A stretch of DNA of 59,473 nt from a virus (taxonomy: Duplodnaviria > Caudoviricetes): the IMG/VR virus record IMGVR_UViG_3300044840_000012, positions 1-59,473 of that record; one strand, written 5' to 3'. Shown one piece after another: positions 8,399 to 18,557 of the stretch. Below the pieces are notes generated by a model, which searched no databases, was not told the DNA's origin, and was given only the letters and a program-made list of their open reading frames with translations. Position 1 is the first letter of the stretch. The number at the start of each line of letters is the position of its first letter. A program made the translations under genes and the position numbers.

Positions 8399-9040
8399 TC
8401 AGCCGATCCGGACTGGAAGCAGCCTGATCACCGATGAGAACACCGACCAGGATTGGGTGCTCACGTTGAACGCGATCACGGGAGTAATCGTTGAAGCCGC
8501 GAGCTCGAGCGCCCGCAGCAACGCTCCGACCAGCGTCACCGCCATCGAACTGCCCGCGTTGGTGATTCCGAAGCCTTGCCCAAGCACGCCGCTTGGCGCC
8601 CCGGTCGTGGCGAACCCGGGGGTGATATTTGCACCCCCCACCGAGGTAATGGTGGCGCCGAGCGCTACCTCCACTTGGTAGTCGCCAGCGAACGGGACGA
8701 CCAGGGCGTTCCCCGTGTTGGGCGCCTGCCATGTCCCCGAAGTACCAGACGTGCCGCTATGGCTGCCCCCGTCGCCCGCGTACAGGGCCGGACCACCAAC
8801 GAACTCCCACTTGTGGGCTGACGGCGAGGCTGCGCGGTAGCGGAAGCGCCATACGACGCCAGCGGTCGAGTCTGCCACGTAGTCGATCAGTTGCCCATCG
8901 AAGGGGCTCCCCGGTAGCGTCGTGACGACGTGCGGGAGGAGAAGGTCCACCTGCGTCGCGAGAGCCTGCATCTCTGCGGGCCCATTGCTCACGAGGTCGG
9001 TGCCGGTCGGGAAGGGAATCCCCAGGGTGGTCGAAGGCAT
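8399..9040 (-). CDS. Tail fibre / minor tail protein
   Basis: LGIPFPTGTDLV...ALATQVD N-terminus typical of actinophage minor tail proteins; follows baseplate genes. Confidence 0.75.
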   Translation of the reverse strand: MPSTTLGIPFPTGTDLVSNGPAEMQALATQVDLLLPHVVTTLPGSPFDGQLIDYVADSTAGVVWRFRYRAASPSAHKWEFVGGPALYAGDGGSHSGTSGTSGTWQAPNTGNALVVPFAGDYQVEVALGATITSVGGANITPGFATTGAPSGVLGQGFGITNAGSSMAVTLVGALLRALELAASTITPVIAFNVSTQSWSVFSSVIRLLPVRIG

Positions 9041-9053
9041 GGTGAGAGGACTC

Positions 9054-9932
9054 CTAAACGTCGCCGGTGGTCAGGGTGGCCCACTGCACGGAGCCGGATA
9101 CTGCGGCCCAGGTCTTTGTCGCCTGGAACCATTCGGGGCTATCAGCCGCAACGATGTAGAGCAGGATCCCGGCGGGCTTCACCGCAACCACGTTCGCAAT
9201 GAGGGCGGCAGTGTTGCTCGTGGGTGTCAACTGCTCCGGGCGAACAACGACCGTCAACTGGTAGGCGGGGCTCGGGGGCGGACCCGCGTAGTTGTTCCAC
9301 GTCACCGACGGGCTCACCGACCGCCAAGTCCCGACAGCGCGATCCCACTGGGGCGCGAGGGTGTTCACGTAGGTTCCCGGGGGAGCGAACCGCTCGATAA
9401 CTTGATACTGCTTAGTGATGTCGATCTCGGGGACCGCGTAGAACGTCATCGCCTGGAGCCACAAGGCTTCGGTTGCGGCGCCGATCCCGGTGCTGCCGAG
9501 GAGGTAGTAGACGGCCGGGGACCCGAAGGAAACGATCGAGCGGGGCGGGAAGACGACGTTCGGCGCCCACGGGGTGGAGATGCTTCGCTCGACCGCCGAG
9601 CGAATTGCGGTGAGCGTGCCCCGGTTTTTGCCGTTCTCGGCGATCACTAGGGCTCGAGCAGTGATCGGGTCAGTCCCTGTGGGGATCGTGACGCCAACGA
9701 ACTGGCCGAGGTACGGAAGGTTGGCCGGGTCGGCGATCAGCGGGTCAAACAGCGCGCCATAGCCCGGTACGTAGTCGGGGTCGCCATCGAAGCCGTAACC
9801 GGCGACGAGGGTGTACACCGGGTCGACCGCGATCCCGATGGCATCGCAGAACCAGGCGAGTTGAGTGTTCTGATAGGGGCCGAGGTTGTCGAAGAGCAAC
9901 GCCCCGAAGACGCTCTGGAACTGGTAGGGCAT
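9054..9932 (-). CDS. Baseplate wedge protein (P2 gpI-like)
   Basis: LPYLGQFVGV...RGTLTAIRSAV...KPAGI; ATG at 9932. Confidence 0.8.
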   Translation of the reverse strand: MPYQFQSVFGALLFDNLGPYQNTQLAWFCDAIGIAVDPVYTLVAGYGFDGDPDYVPGYGALFDPLIADPANLPYLGQFVGVTIPTGTDPITARALVIAENGKNRGTLTAIRSAVERSISTPWAPNVVFPPRSIVSFGSPAVYYLLGSTGIGAATEALWLQAMTFYAVPEIDITKQYQVIERFAPPGTYVNTLAPQWDRAVGTWRSVSPSVTWNNYAGPPPSPAYQLTVVVRPEQLTPTSNTAALIANVVAVKPAGILLYIVAADSPEWFQATKTWAAVSGSVQWATLTTGDV

Positions 9933-9934
9933 TC

Positions 9935-11374
9935 TCAGACCGCGGAGATCAGGACGGTCGCGGCGGTGCTCAGCGGGAGCGGGGCGGGCCCGGGGAGCGC
10001 CAAGTCGACCGTGCCGGTGGGAGTGGCCGAAAGGCCGACCGCGAGGCCGCCGGAGCCGGGCGGGACGTACTGGACGCCCGGGACGTTGCGGATGGCCGCG
10101 ACGAGGTCGTTGTAGCGGACCACGTTGTATCCCTGGGTGGCGTTGAGCCACTGGTTCGCCACCGCAGAGCCGACGATCCCCGGGTTGCCCCAGGTCGCTG
10201 GGTTGAGGAGGTTGAGCACCGCCGCCTGGGCGTTCCCGAGGGTCGTCGGAACGTCATAGCCCGCGAGGACGTGAATGGCCGCGGTGACGTAGACCGGCGT
10301 GTAGGTCGGCGAGAGCACCTGGACTATAAAGTTGGCCTCGCGGAAGGATTGGAGCCACGCCTGGAGGGCGAGGCACGCGGGCCCCGAGGTCGTCGTCGTG
10401 CTCGCCCCGGCGAACGGCTGACCGTTCGAGTCGGTGACGAACACCGACTCCTCGCGCTGGTTGCCGTAGCTACCGGTGGCCGTGATCGTCTCCGTGGCAC
10501 TCCCGGTTGCCGGCGCGGTCATCACGAACGAGGACCCCGAGGGGTTGATCGACTGGACCGTCGTCCCAATGGGAATGTTCGCCCCCGACAGAACGGAGCC
10601 CGCAGTGACGCCCGAGAAGGTCGACACTGCCGTCACCGTCGCTGAGGTGTTCGCGACCGTGCCGGTGAACACCGAGACGCCCGGGTCGTAGCCGTCGATG
10701 GATGTCGAGCGGCCCACCGTTACCCCGGTAGCGTTGACCGCCGAGGGCGTGAGGACAAACCCCGCGAAGTCAGTCGAGGTGATCGGCCTGGGCGCCTGAA
10801 GCTGGAGCTCGCCCGTCAGGCCGTTCTGGAAATCGCCGTCAGTCTCGGCGTCCGCGCCACCCGTGCTCACGCCGATCGCCTTGACCCCGAGGACCCAGTC
10901 GATTTGGTCTACGGGCTCGACGGGATCCGTCGCGTTGTTGTAGGACGTCCCCGACTCCACGGCGACGAGAGGAACGATCGCAGTGCTCTGCCCCGGAGGG
11001 ATGACCACGTCCGCGAGGACGTAGAAGCCGAGGCTCGAGACCGTGACGTAGATGCCGCCCGGGATCGTGTGGCCGAGCGTGTCGGCGAGTGTCCAGGTCG
11101 TGCCGATGGCCGCCGCTGACCCTGGGGCGTAGGGGATTCCGAGGAGCTGCGTGCCGAACTGCCGGAACGCAGCTGAGGGCATGACCGCCGCCATGCCCTT
11201 AGCGTCGGCGAACATCTGCATGACGACCGACAGGAGGATGATCTCGCCGTCCCCGTCGCTCGGGACGTAGCCGGGGAAGCCGTTGTTCTGGAGGATCCCC
11301 GCGTACGCATCGACCGCGGTGTCGGTGAGCGTCGTTGGGTCGAGGACGATGTTCGCGTCGATGAAGTCGGTCAA
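9935..11374 (-). CDS. Baseplate J-like wedge protein
   Basis: GGADAETDGDF...PRPITSTDFA...IRNVPGVQYV. Confidence 0.9.
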   Translation of the reverse strand: MTDFIDANIVLDPTTLTDTAVDAYAGILQNNGFPGYVPSDGDGEIILLSVVMQMFADAKGMAAVMPSAAFRQFGTQLLGIPYAPGSAAAIGTTWTLADTLGHTIPGGIYVTVSSLGFYVLADVVIPPGQSTAIVPLVAVESGTSYNNATDPVEPVDQIDWVLGVKAIGVSTGGADAETDGDFQNGLTGELQLQAPRPITSTDFAGFVLTPSAVNATGVTVGRSTSIDGYDPGVSVFTGTVANTSATVTAVSTFSGVTAGSVLSGANIPIGTTVQSINPSGSSFVMTAPATGSATETITATGSYGNQREESVFVTDSNGQPFAGASTTTTSGPACLALQAWLQSFREANFIVQVLSPTYTPVYVTAAIHVLAGYDVPTTLGNAQAAVLNLLNPATWGNPGIVGSAVANQWLNATQGYNVVRYNDLVAAIRNVPGVQYVPPGSGGLAVGLSATPTGTVDLALPGPAPLPLSTAATVLISAV

Positions 11375-11697
11375 GACGGCCCCTCCTCGATCTGGGCGGT
11401 GGAGAGGATGTGGCGGATCGCGGCGTTCAGCACGTCGGGCTGGTCGGTCGCGGCGAGGACCGCTCGTGGCTCTTGAGCACTCGCGGCTTCAACGAGCGCC
11501 GCCGTGTCGATCGGGGTGGTCGTGAACAGCGGCGACGGGACCCCGAGATCGGGAAGCATGGGCACCTGGCCCTTGACGCATGAGGTGATCGCGACGACGC
11601 AGGCCGCGATCTCCTCGACGGAGTCCTGCTCGTGGACGGTCACCTTGCCGTTGCGTTGAAGCGTCCAAGGAAGCGCGATATGGGGAAGGTCGGGCAT
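11371..11697 (-). CDS. Baseplate gp25/GpW-like protein
   Basis: PHIALPW...EQDSVEEIAACV...GQVPMLPDLG...QEPR; AAGGAAG RBS. Confidence 0.85.
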   Translation of the reverse strand: MPDLPHIALPWTLQRNGKVTVHEQDSVEEIAACVVAITSCVKGQVPMLPDLGVPSPLFTTTPIDTAALVEAASAQEPRAVLAATDQPDVLNAAIRHILSTAQIEEGPS

Positions 11698-11711
11698 CCG
11701 GGCTTCCTTCC

Positions 11712-13724
11712 TTATGGCGTGGAGCTGTCGATGATGTCGCCGCGCAAGGCGAGGAAGGTCAGGAGGCTGGCTAGGGCCGCGCCACTTGCCCGTGAGCCGG
11801 TGATCGTCGCCCGGGCTACGGGGGTAGCTCCGTTCACGCCGATCGTGGTCCCGGCGTGCGTGAAGCTCCCCGCGACGTATGTGGCGCCTTCCACCAGCAC
11901 GTTCCCCGGGAAGTCCGTGAACTTCGTGACCCCGCCGTCGAATGTCTGGTAGTGAAAGCCAACCTGGCCGCGAGGATCGAACTGCCCGTCTCCCACCCAG
12001 AACCCGGATTGACCTATATCCACGCGACGATTCGGGTCCCCGCCACCAACGGCCTGGCCGGTGGCGAGAACGCCCGCCGCCCCGTGACCGAGGAAGCATC
12101 CGGTGAAACTCGTTGGCGTCAGGCCGGTGTAAAGGATCTGCTGCGGCACGCCGCTGATCAAAACGTAGAGCACGCCCCCTGTCGCGGGCCAGCCCACCGT
12201 GGACGCCACGTTGATCGTCGCCGGGTTCGTGTTCAGATTCACGCCGTTCGAGCCGGCGGCGATCGTCGTGGACGCCGAGCTGACGACGTAGCCGAGAATG
12301 ATGTCGTCGGTGGGCGCCGACATCTTCCACGCCTTCTGCACCACCTCCGTCGAGCCCATGATGTTCTGCACCAGCGCCGGTGGGGACCCCGCCGCCTTCA
12401 CCCACTGATTCGCGACGGTCGTGTACAGAACATCGCCTTGGACGGTGATCGTGTCGGTGCTGAACGTGCTGAACGCGCTCGACAGCGCCGCGAAGCTCGT
12501 GCGGCCCTGAAGCACGACCGACGTGTTCCCGCGCTGCTCGATCCCGACCGCCAGGTTGCTGTTGTCGGTGATCGTGGCGTTCACGAACGTCAAGCCGATC
12601 GACCATGCCGTGATCCCCCCGGCGTTCGCCTGCTCGACCACCACCACGCTGTAAGGGCCCGCCGTCGGATTGCCGGTTAGGACCCCGGCGATCTTGTTGT
12701 AGGTGCCGGCGCCCTGATACACGATCCCCAGGTTCTGGGTCGTGCCGTTCACGCCACCCATCGAGATCTCGAAGTTGTTCGGCCCCAGAAACTCGTTGTA
12801 GCTCGGGCCGTACGTCGTGGGAAACCCGCCGATCGTCGCCCCGGACTGGCGGATCTCCAAGTTGTAGCGGGCGCCACCCAGAAGCTCGGTGTGCCCAACG
12901 AACGAGTTGTCCCCGCACCCGTAGTCCAAGACGAGGCATGAGCCGTCGCTGTAGAGCGACGTCAGTCCCTCGAAGGTGCAGTTCTGGGCGCTCTCGATGA
13001 CGATGTTGTCGGTGCGGCAGTATTGGACGCGCAGATCGGGGAACGTCACCGAGGTAAGAAGACCGATGTACAAGCCGCCCCCGGCGACGTTGGCAACCTT
13101 GTTGCCGTCGATGGTGAACCCACCGAACGGCCCGCCCGACTGGGGGCCGCCCGCGCCACCGGAGCGGCTGCCGTAGCGGATCTGGCCGCCCGGCCCGAGC
13201 CGCAGCGTGACGCGCCCCGAGCCGGTTCCCCTGAAGGCAGGGGAACTAGTCGGTGTGATCGGAACCGTGACGACACCGTTGACCTGGTAGATGCCATCAG
13301 TGGCGATGACGCTGCCGGCGGCCAACGCAGCGTTGATACCGGCCGTCGCGTCGATGACCCCCGTCGGGTCGCAGTCGAAGTCAAGCAGCGTCGCCAACGC
13401 CCGTGAACCCCGCCGGGGGGCCGGGGGGCTCGGATCCGGCGAGCTGGACGCACCGTACAACGCCTTCCACCACACGACCAAGGGCGTCCCGTTGTCGTCG
13501 AACGCTAGCCATATCGGGGAGCCTTGGGCGGGCATCGTCTGGCCGTGGATAGCCGGCCAGTCGAGCGGTCCGTAGACATGCTCGGCGCTGTGGTTCGTGA
13601 CGAGCACGAATACCGGGTCATCGAACGACTTTGGAGCGGGGCGGCTTGTGCTGACGTAGCCGACGACGACGGGGGGCTGCTGAATCGGGGCCGTGTGAGC
13701 GAGGCCATGGAGGACGTCGGGCAT
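11712..13724 (-). CDS. Baseplate spike (gpV-like N-domain) fused to a pectate-lyase-like beta-helix
   Basis: N-term PAQGSPIWLAFDDNG; DFDCDPTGVIDATAGINAALAAG beta-helix entry motif; lies between hub and gp25. Confidence 0.75.
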   Translation of the reverse strand: MPDVLHGLAHTAPIQQPPVVVGYVSTSRPAPKSFDDPVFVLVTNHSAEHVYGPLDWPAIHGQTMPAQGSPIWLAFDDNGTPLVVWWKALYGASSSPDPSPPAPRRGSRALATLLDFDCDPTGVIDATAGINAALAAGSVIATDGIYQVNGVVTVPITPTSSPAFRGTGSGRVTLRLGPGGQIRYGSRSGGAGGPQSGGPFGGFTIDGNKVANVAGGGLYIGLLTSVTFPDLRVQYCRTDNIVIESAQNCTFEGLTSLYSDGSCLVLDYGCGDNSFVGHTELLGGARYNLEIRQSGATIGGFPTTYGPSYNEFLGPNNFEISMGGVNGTTQNLGIVYQGAGTYNKIAGVLTGNPTAGPYSVVVVEQANAGGITAWSIGLTFVNATITDNSNLAVGIEQRGNTSVVLQGRTSFAALSSAFSTFSTDTITVQGDVLYTTVANQWVKAAGSPPALVQNIMGSTEVVQKAWKMSAPTDDIILGYVVSSASTTIAAGSNGVNLNTNPATINVASTVGWPATGGVLYVLISGVPQQILYTGLTPTSFTGCFLGHGAAGVLATGQAVGGGDPNRRVDIGQSGFWVGDGQFDPRGQVGFHYQTFDGGVTKFTDFPGNVLVEGATYVAGSFTHAGTTIGVNGATPVARATITGSRASGAALASLLTFLALRGDIIDSSTP

Positions 13725-15952
13725 CAGCCGAGAACGTCAGGCCGGAAGTAGCCGATCATCGACGGAGGGCCCATCTGGGCCGCCGGCCCCCTCGACGGGT
13801 CCCCCGGGGAGCCCATCGACACGACATCACCGTTGCCGACGTAGACCGTGACGTGCGCCGGAACCCCTAGGTTCGTACCCGGGGACGACTGCTGGCCATA
13901 GAACACGAGATCCCCCTCCGCCGGCGTTGCCACCCGCTTGCAATGGGCGATCAGTGTCCCCGTGAACCCAATCGGACTGTAGCTCGCATGGTTCGGGTCC
14001 GGCAGGCCGGCGGCCTTGTAGCAGAGAGTCGCGAACGCCGAACAATCCATCGTCCTCGGTGGAGTCCCGAACAGCGTCCCGTTGTTGCCGCGATTCGCGG
14101 CCTCCGAGTAGACGTAGTCCTTCTTCTGCGCGAGCGCGAGGAGGGCGGCCTGGGCGACCCCCGCGCCGCTCTTCGGGCTTGTGATCGCCGCGACGGTCGC
14201 TCCTGCGGCAAGCGGACTCGCCGTCGCCGCGGTGCCCTGCGGCTCCGGCTGCGGAGCCAGCGGAGGCTGGAGCGTGAACTGCGTGAACGTGTCCGAGAGG
14301 ACGTTGCGGGTGGCGTCAGAGACGATCCACCGGCCGTTCATCGGCCCCGCGCCGTGAATCACGAACAGGTCCCCCGCGTGGGCGTAGTCCGGGTCGCAGA
14401 TCACGCTGATCTGGATCTCGCTCGGGGTCGCGGGTTTCGCTGCCCGGCTCTTGCGCTGGATCTTGCCCTTGCGGGTATGGGTCGACGTATAGATGAAGCT
14501 CGTATTGTCAAACGTCCAGTTCGGTGTCGGCGAGACCACCACGTCAAGGGCCTTCTGGCCGCTCGCCGCGTCGGTCAGCTGCCACCGCCGCCCGTTCGTC
14601 GGCTTCCCGCCGATCGACGCGAGAAGCTCGATGTAGGCCGTCGGCTTCTGCGCCGCGAGATCCGGGCCGTCCATGTAGTAGAAGGTGTCGCCGTTGGAGA
14701 ACGCGAACCACGTCACCTCCTGCGCCAGACGGGTGATGCAATCCCAGGAGTCCTCGTCGGGATTGTTCGCGGTGCCGCGGGTCAACTGCGCGATGTCGCT
14801 CACCGCGGGGGCGGTAGTTCCGGTCAGGGAGGCGAGGAGGGAGTTCGTGCCGGTCGTTGCCCCACCGCCAGCGGCGATGATCGCCTTGGCCTCCGGAAGG
14901 AAACCGGAGTAGCCGGCCTCGCCGGCGTACGCGTTCGACGGCCAGATGCTCGGCACCTCAACCCGGACCGCGATCTGGATCGGGTCAGAGACGGACCTCG
15001 AGAGGGCGATCGCCCCCCCTGATTGGAACCCCGCGCCGCCCCGCAGGAACGCCTTGGCCATCCCGGCGGTGTCGTGCGGCTGCCACGCCTTCGCGCTCCC
15101 CTGGAGCACCCCGACGTAGCCGGAGGAGTTGGGGACGAACGCCCCGGGCTCCCCGCCGATGCCCGACTCGGCGATGGCAGCAAAGATCAGGGCCTCCGTG
15201 GGGACTGGGCCGGCGTTCTCCTGCGCCGCGACCGACAGAAGCGTCGTGATCTCGGCAATCTGACTCCTGTTCGGGGTCGAGCCCTTGATCGTGATTTTCG
15301 CGCCGATCCCGACCCCGCGCGCCTTGTTCGGGTTCTTCGTCTTCGGTGCGAAGAGAGCGGCGAGAGTGCTCGACGGGTTCGTGCTCGAGGAGTTCGCCCC
15401 CGACACAGCGGCGTTGCCGAGAGCGGTGCTCGCCGTCGGATCGGCCGTGGGCTGCAGGACGTTGATCGACGGGATGACCGCCTTGATCTTCGTCACCTTG
15501 TCGTGATAGCCGACCTCGTCGATCAGCTGCTTGACGAACTGCGCGCGGGTTGTCGAGCCGGGCTTGATCGCTTTCGGCCCCCAGTGATCCCGAAGGTACG
15601 CGATGATCCGGTCCTCGAAGGTGAGAGTCAGATTCGCCTGCGCCCGGTCGCCCGTCCCCGAGACGGCGCAGAGCCGCCACCACTTATCTGAGCCCTCCGG
15701 GAAGTTGACCTCCACCGTATCTAGAAGCCCGTCGGCGTCGACGGCGAGTATCCCGCTGGTCTGGAACTCGTAGTCGGGGTCGATCATCAGCACCGTGAGG
15801 AAGCTCGCGCCGAGGATCTGGGTGCGGACGGTGACGTTGACGATCAAGGTCGCAAGGTCCTGCGCTTGAAGTGAATGGCTCGCCGATGACGTTCCGAGGA
15901 TGTGGGTGGCGATCAGGTGCGGGATCGACGTCGGCGACGGAAGGCCGCTCAT
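13724..15952 (-). CDS. Baseplate hub with lysozyme-like and NlpC/P60 domains
   Basis: EDSWDCITRLAQE hub motif; AAIAESG...GVLQ; C-terminal MDCSAF...GDLVFYG...HVTVYVGNG. Confidence 0.85.
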   Translation of the reverse strand: MSGLPSPTSIPHLIATHILGTSSASHSLQAQDLATLIVNVTVRTQILGASFLTVLMIDPDYEFQTSGILAVDADGLLDTVEVNFPEGSDKWWRLCAVSGTGDRAQANLTLTFEDRIIAYLRDHWGPKAIKPGSTTRAQFVKQLIDEVGYHDKVTKIKAVIPSINVLQPTADPTASTALGNAAVSGANSSSTNPSSTLAALFAPKTKNPNKARGVGIGAKITIKGSTPNRSQIAEITTLLSVAAQENAGPVPTEALIFAAIAESGIGGEPGAFVPNSSGYVGVLQGSAKAWQPHDTAGMAKAFLRGGAGFQSGGAIALSRSVSDPIQIAVRVEVPSIWPSNAYAGEAGYSGFLPEAKAIIAAGGGATTGTNSLLASLTGTTAPAVSDIAQLTRGTANNPDEDSWDCITRLAQEVTWFAFSNGDTFYYMDGPDLAAQKPTAYIELLASIGGKPTNGRRWQLTDAASGQKALDVVVSPTPNWTFDNTSFIYTSTHTRKGKIQRKSRAAKPATPSEIQISVICDPDYAHAGDLFVIHGAGPMNGRWIVSDATRNVLSDTFTQFTLQPPLAPQPEPQGTAATASPLAAGATVAAITSPKSGAGVAQAALLALAQKKDYVYSEAANRGNNGTLFGTPPRTMDCSAFATLCYKAAGLPDPNHASYSPIGFTGTLIAHCKRVATPAEGDLVFYGQQSSPGTNLGVPAHVTVYVGNGDVVSMGSPGDPSRGPAAQMGPPSMIGYFRPDVLG

Positions 15953-16758
15953 CGCGTCTTCGGGTTCGTCAGGTTCTTGGGCACCTTCACCGTCGCCCCC
16001 GGCTTCAGGTGCTTGAACAGGTCGGCGTCGACGGAGGGCCCCAGCTTAAGGCGCGTCTTGTTCAGCTTCACCACGGTCTGCGCCGCTGAGAGCTGCGGGT
16101 TATGCGCCTCGAAGGACATGATCTTGCGGATCGTGTTGTTCTGGGCGGTGACCTTCAGGTAGATGTAGCCCGGGTTGGCTGCCCGGGCCTTCGCCCGGAC
16201 GCTTGCGGAGTCGAAGGACGTTCCGGGCGCAGCCTCATGCTGGGTGAGGGTGATCGTCGCGAGCTGGCGGATCCGTTCGCCCAGCGTGTTGCGCTTCGGG
16301 CCCGTGTCATAGTCGATGCCCGTTACGATCCAGTTGATGTCCTGGCAGTTCGGCGGGATCAGGCTCGTCTGCCGCCCCTGCCCGTCGATGCTCGCCACGG
16401 TCACCAGGGGGCTGTCTCCTTGGGCGGGCGCGCCAACGTGGCCGTCGGAGGCGTAAAGCTTCCCCCGGCCGCCCATCCACTCAAGGATCTGAATGTCCCG
16501 CTCGACGGCTTTCCCGGTCCCGCCGGTGATCGCGTCGAACATCACCGGGACGGACATGATGATCGGGTCGTAGCCGTCGAGGACGGTCATCCCGACTCTT
16601 TGCGGCCGGCTGATGATCGCCCACTTCGCAAACCCGCCGATGATGGTGGGCGCGAGGTCGCCTTGCGCGAGGACCGAGAACGGCGGGATCGTGCTGTAGC
16701 TCGAGCCGTTCGTGAGCGTCCCGTTGAACAGGTAGTGCTGGCCGGGTGTGGCGCCCAT
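15949..16758 (-). CDS. Tail-tube initiator / LysM-like baseplate protein
   Basis: Directly after tape measure; W.IISRPQR motif; C-terminal LKPGATVKVP. Confidence 0.7.
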   Translation of the reverse strand: MGATPGQHYLFNGTLTNGSSYSTIPPFSVLAQGDLAPTIIGGFAKWAIISRPQRVGMTVLDGYDPIIMSVPVMFDAITGGTGKAVERDIQILEWMGGRGKLYASDGHVGAPAQGDSPLVTVASIDGQGRQTSLIPPNCQDINWIVTGIDYDTGPKRNTLGERIRQLATITLTQHEAAPGTSFDSASVRAKARAANPGYIYLKVTAQNNTIRKIMSFEAHNPQLSAAQTVVKLNKTRLKLGPSVDADLFKHLKPGATVKVPKNLTNPKTR

Positions 16759-18557
16759 CAGCGGCGTGCCGCGAGCTGGAGCTGATACTTGGCCTGCGCC
16801 TCCGCGATCTGGCGACTATCAAGGTGGACGTGGGTGTGGACGGTCACGGGCGTCGCACCGAAGGGCGTCGTCTGCCAAGGGGAGATGCGGAAACCGGGCT
16901 GAGAAGCCACCTGGTGGTGGTAGCTCTTCAGCGCGCCCGCGCTGAGGGGTGTCGAGCCCGTGAGGTTGACGTTGCCCGCGTGCTTCGCCTGCCCGAAGTC
17001 AACCACGCCCCCCGTCACCTTCTTGATGAATCCGCTCGCGGCGTTGTTCGCGTCGACTAGATCGTTGTAGCGGTTGATAACGAAGTTGAGCGCGTCGCCC
17101 AGGTCGGTGCGAAGTGCCCTCGCCAGACTCTGCACGCCCCGACGGAAGGTCTCCGAATGGTTGTAGGCGTAGATGATCCCGCCGGCCAGGGCCGCGATGG
17201 CAACGATGACAATCCCCACGGGATTGGCGGTCATCGCCGCGTCGAGCGCCCAGAACGAGGCCGTCCAGCCGCCGGTGGCGAACGTGGCGACAGCCATCGC
17301 CGCCGCCCCGATCGTCATCGCCGTTTTGAAGGCGACGAAAGCGGCGGTGGCGATGAGGACGCCCTCGCCGAGGTCCTTCATCGTCCGCTTGTTCTTGAGC
17401 ATCCAGCCGAGCGCCCCGGAGAGGACGGGGATCAGGTCTCCACCGATCTTGTCGGCGAAGCCCTGCGCCGCGGCTTTCACCTGGTCGATCTGGAACGACA
17501 GCGTCTTGGTGGTCTGGGTCCATGCATCGCCGAACCCGGCGGCCCCGCCGCCGACCTCCTTCGTCTTCGCCCGGAGACGCTCGTATTGATCCACGAGAAG
17601 CAGGACCCCGGCGGCCTGCTTGCGACCGAAGGCGTTCGTGAGGATCGCGGCCTGCTGAGAGGCCGTTGCCCCCGACGCCTCGAGATGCTTCTTCAGATCA
17701 GCGATCGCCTGGATCAGCCCACCCTTGCGCATGTCGTCGGCGAGCTGAAGCGACGAGATACCGATCGCGCTTAGCCACTTCGCCCCGGCGGCAGAGGGGG
17801 CGGCCATGATCCGTACCGCCGCGGCGAGCTTCGTCGCGGCGTCCGCACCGCGGATGTTGTTGTCCCCGAACACGGCGAGCGCGCCGCCCGTGTCTCTCAG
17901 GGTCAGCCCGAAGGTCTTGACGTTCGACAGGAGGCCGGTGCCCAGCGCGTCGGCGAGATCCTGCATCGTCATGTCGCCGGCGCCCACGATCTTGTTCAGG
18001 GCGCCCATCGCCTGGCCGTAGTTCTGGACGCCCTTGATCCCGGACACAATCGCCGCGTCGAGGGCGTTGGTGACGTCAACGAGGTTCGCGTTGCCAACCT
18101 TCGCGCCCTCCGCGGCGATCTTCAGCACCTTCATCTCGGTGCTCACCCTTTGAGCGGCGGGGATTGTAGCGTTCAGCGAGGACACGACGTGGTAGAGGCC
18201 CTCCGCGAGCGACTGGGGGCCCGTACCGACCGAGCCGGCCATGTTCTCGACAGCCGTTGTCATCGACCCGATCTGGGATTGGCTCGCCCCCGCCTGGGTG
18301 TGGAGCATCTCCATCTGCTTCTGGAGCGCGATCATGCCCTTGACCGCCCCGAAGCCCCCAAGGCCGGCGGCGGCAAGACCACCGAGAGCGAGCTTCTTGC
18401 CGAGGCCCGCGACAGCCGTCGCGAACTTGCCGCTGCTTGCGGCCGTCCGGTCGAGCGACGCGGTCGTTTCCTTCGCCGCGACAGACGTCTGCCTCAGTGC
18501 CCTGACCCCGCCGGCAGAATCCCCGGCGATCACGATACGGACGATGCGGTCGGGCAT
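16758..18557 (-). CDS. Tape measure protein (599 aa)
   Basis: Ala/Gly-rich helical protein; TP901-type core (LAEGLYHVVS...GADAATKL); AMTANPVGIVI...YNHSETFR. Confidence 0.92.
   Translation of the reverse strand: MPDRIVRIVIAGDSAGGVRALRQTSVAAKETTASLDRTAASSGKFATAVAGLGKKLALGGLAAAGLGGFGAVKGMIALQKQMEMLHTQAGASQSQIGSMTTAVENMAGSVGTGPQSLAEGLYHVVSSLNATIPAAQRVSTEMKVLKIAAEGAKVGNANLVDVTNALDAAIVSGIKGVQNYGQAMGALNKIVGAGDMTMQDLADALGTGLLSNVKTFGLTLRDTGGALAVFGDNNIRGADAATKLAAAVRIMAAPSAAGAKWLSAIGISSLQLADDMRKGGLIQAIADLKKHLEASGATASQQAAILTNAFGRKQAAGVLLLVDQYERLRAKTKEVGGGAAGFGDAWTQTTKTLSFQIDQVKAAAQGFADKIGGDLIPVLSGALGWMLKNKRTMKDLGEGVLIATAAFVAFKTAMTIGAAAMAVATFATGGWTASFWALDAAMTANPVGIVIVAIAALAGGIIYAYNHSETFRRGVQSLARALRTDLGDALNFVINRYNDLVDANNAASGFIKKVTGGVVDFGQAKHAGNVNLTGSTPLSAGALKSYHHQVASQPGFRISPWQTTPFGATPVTVHTHVHLDSRQIAEAQAKYQLQLAARR

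Noticed and set aside
11371-12939. 522-aa ORF as listed in the track
   Set aside because: Only the last 108 codons (from ATG 11697) look like gp25; the upstream part is an off-frame overlap with the spike gene
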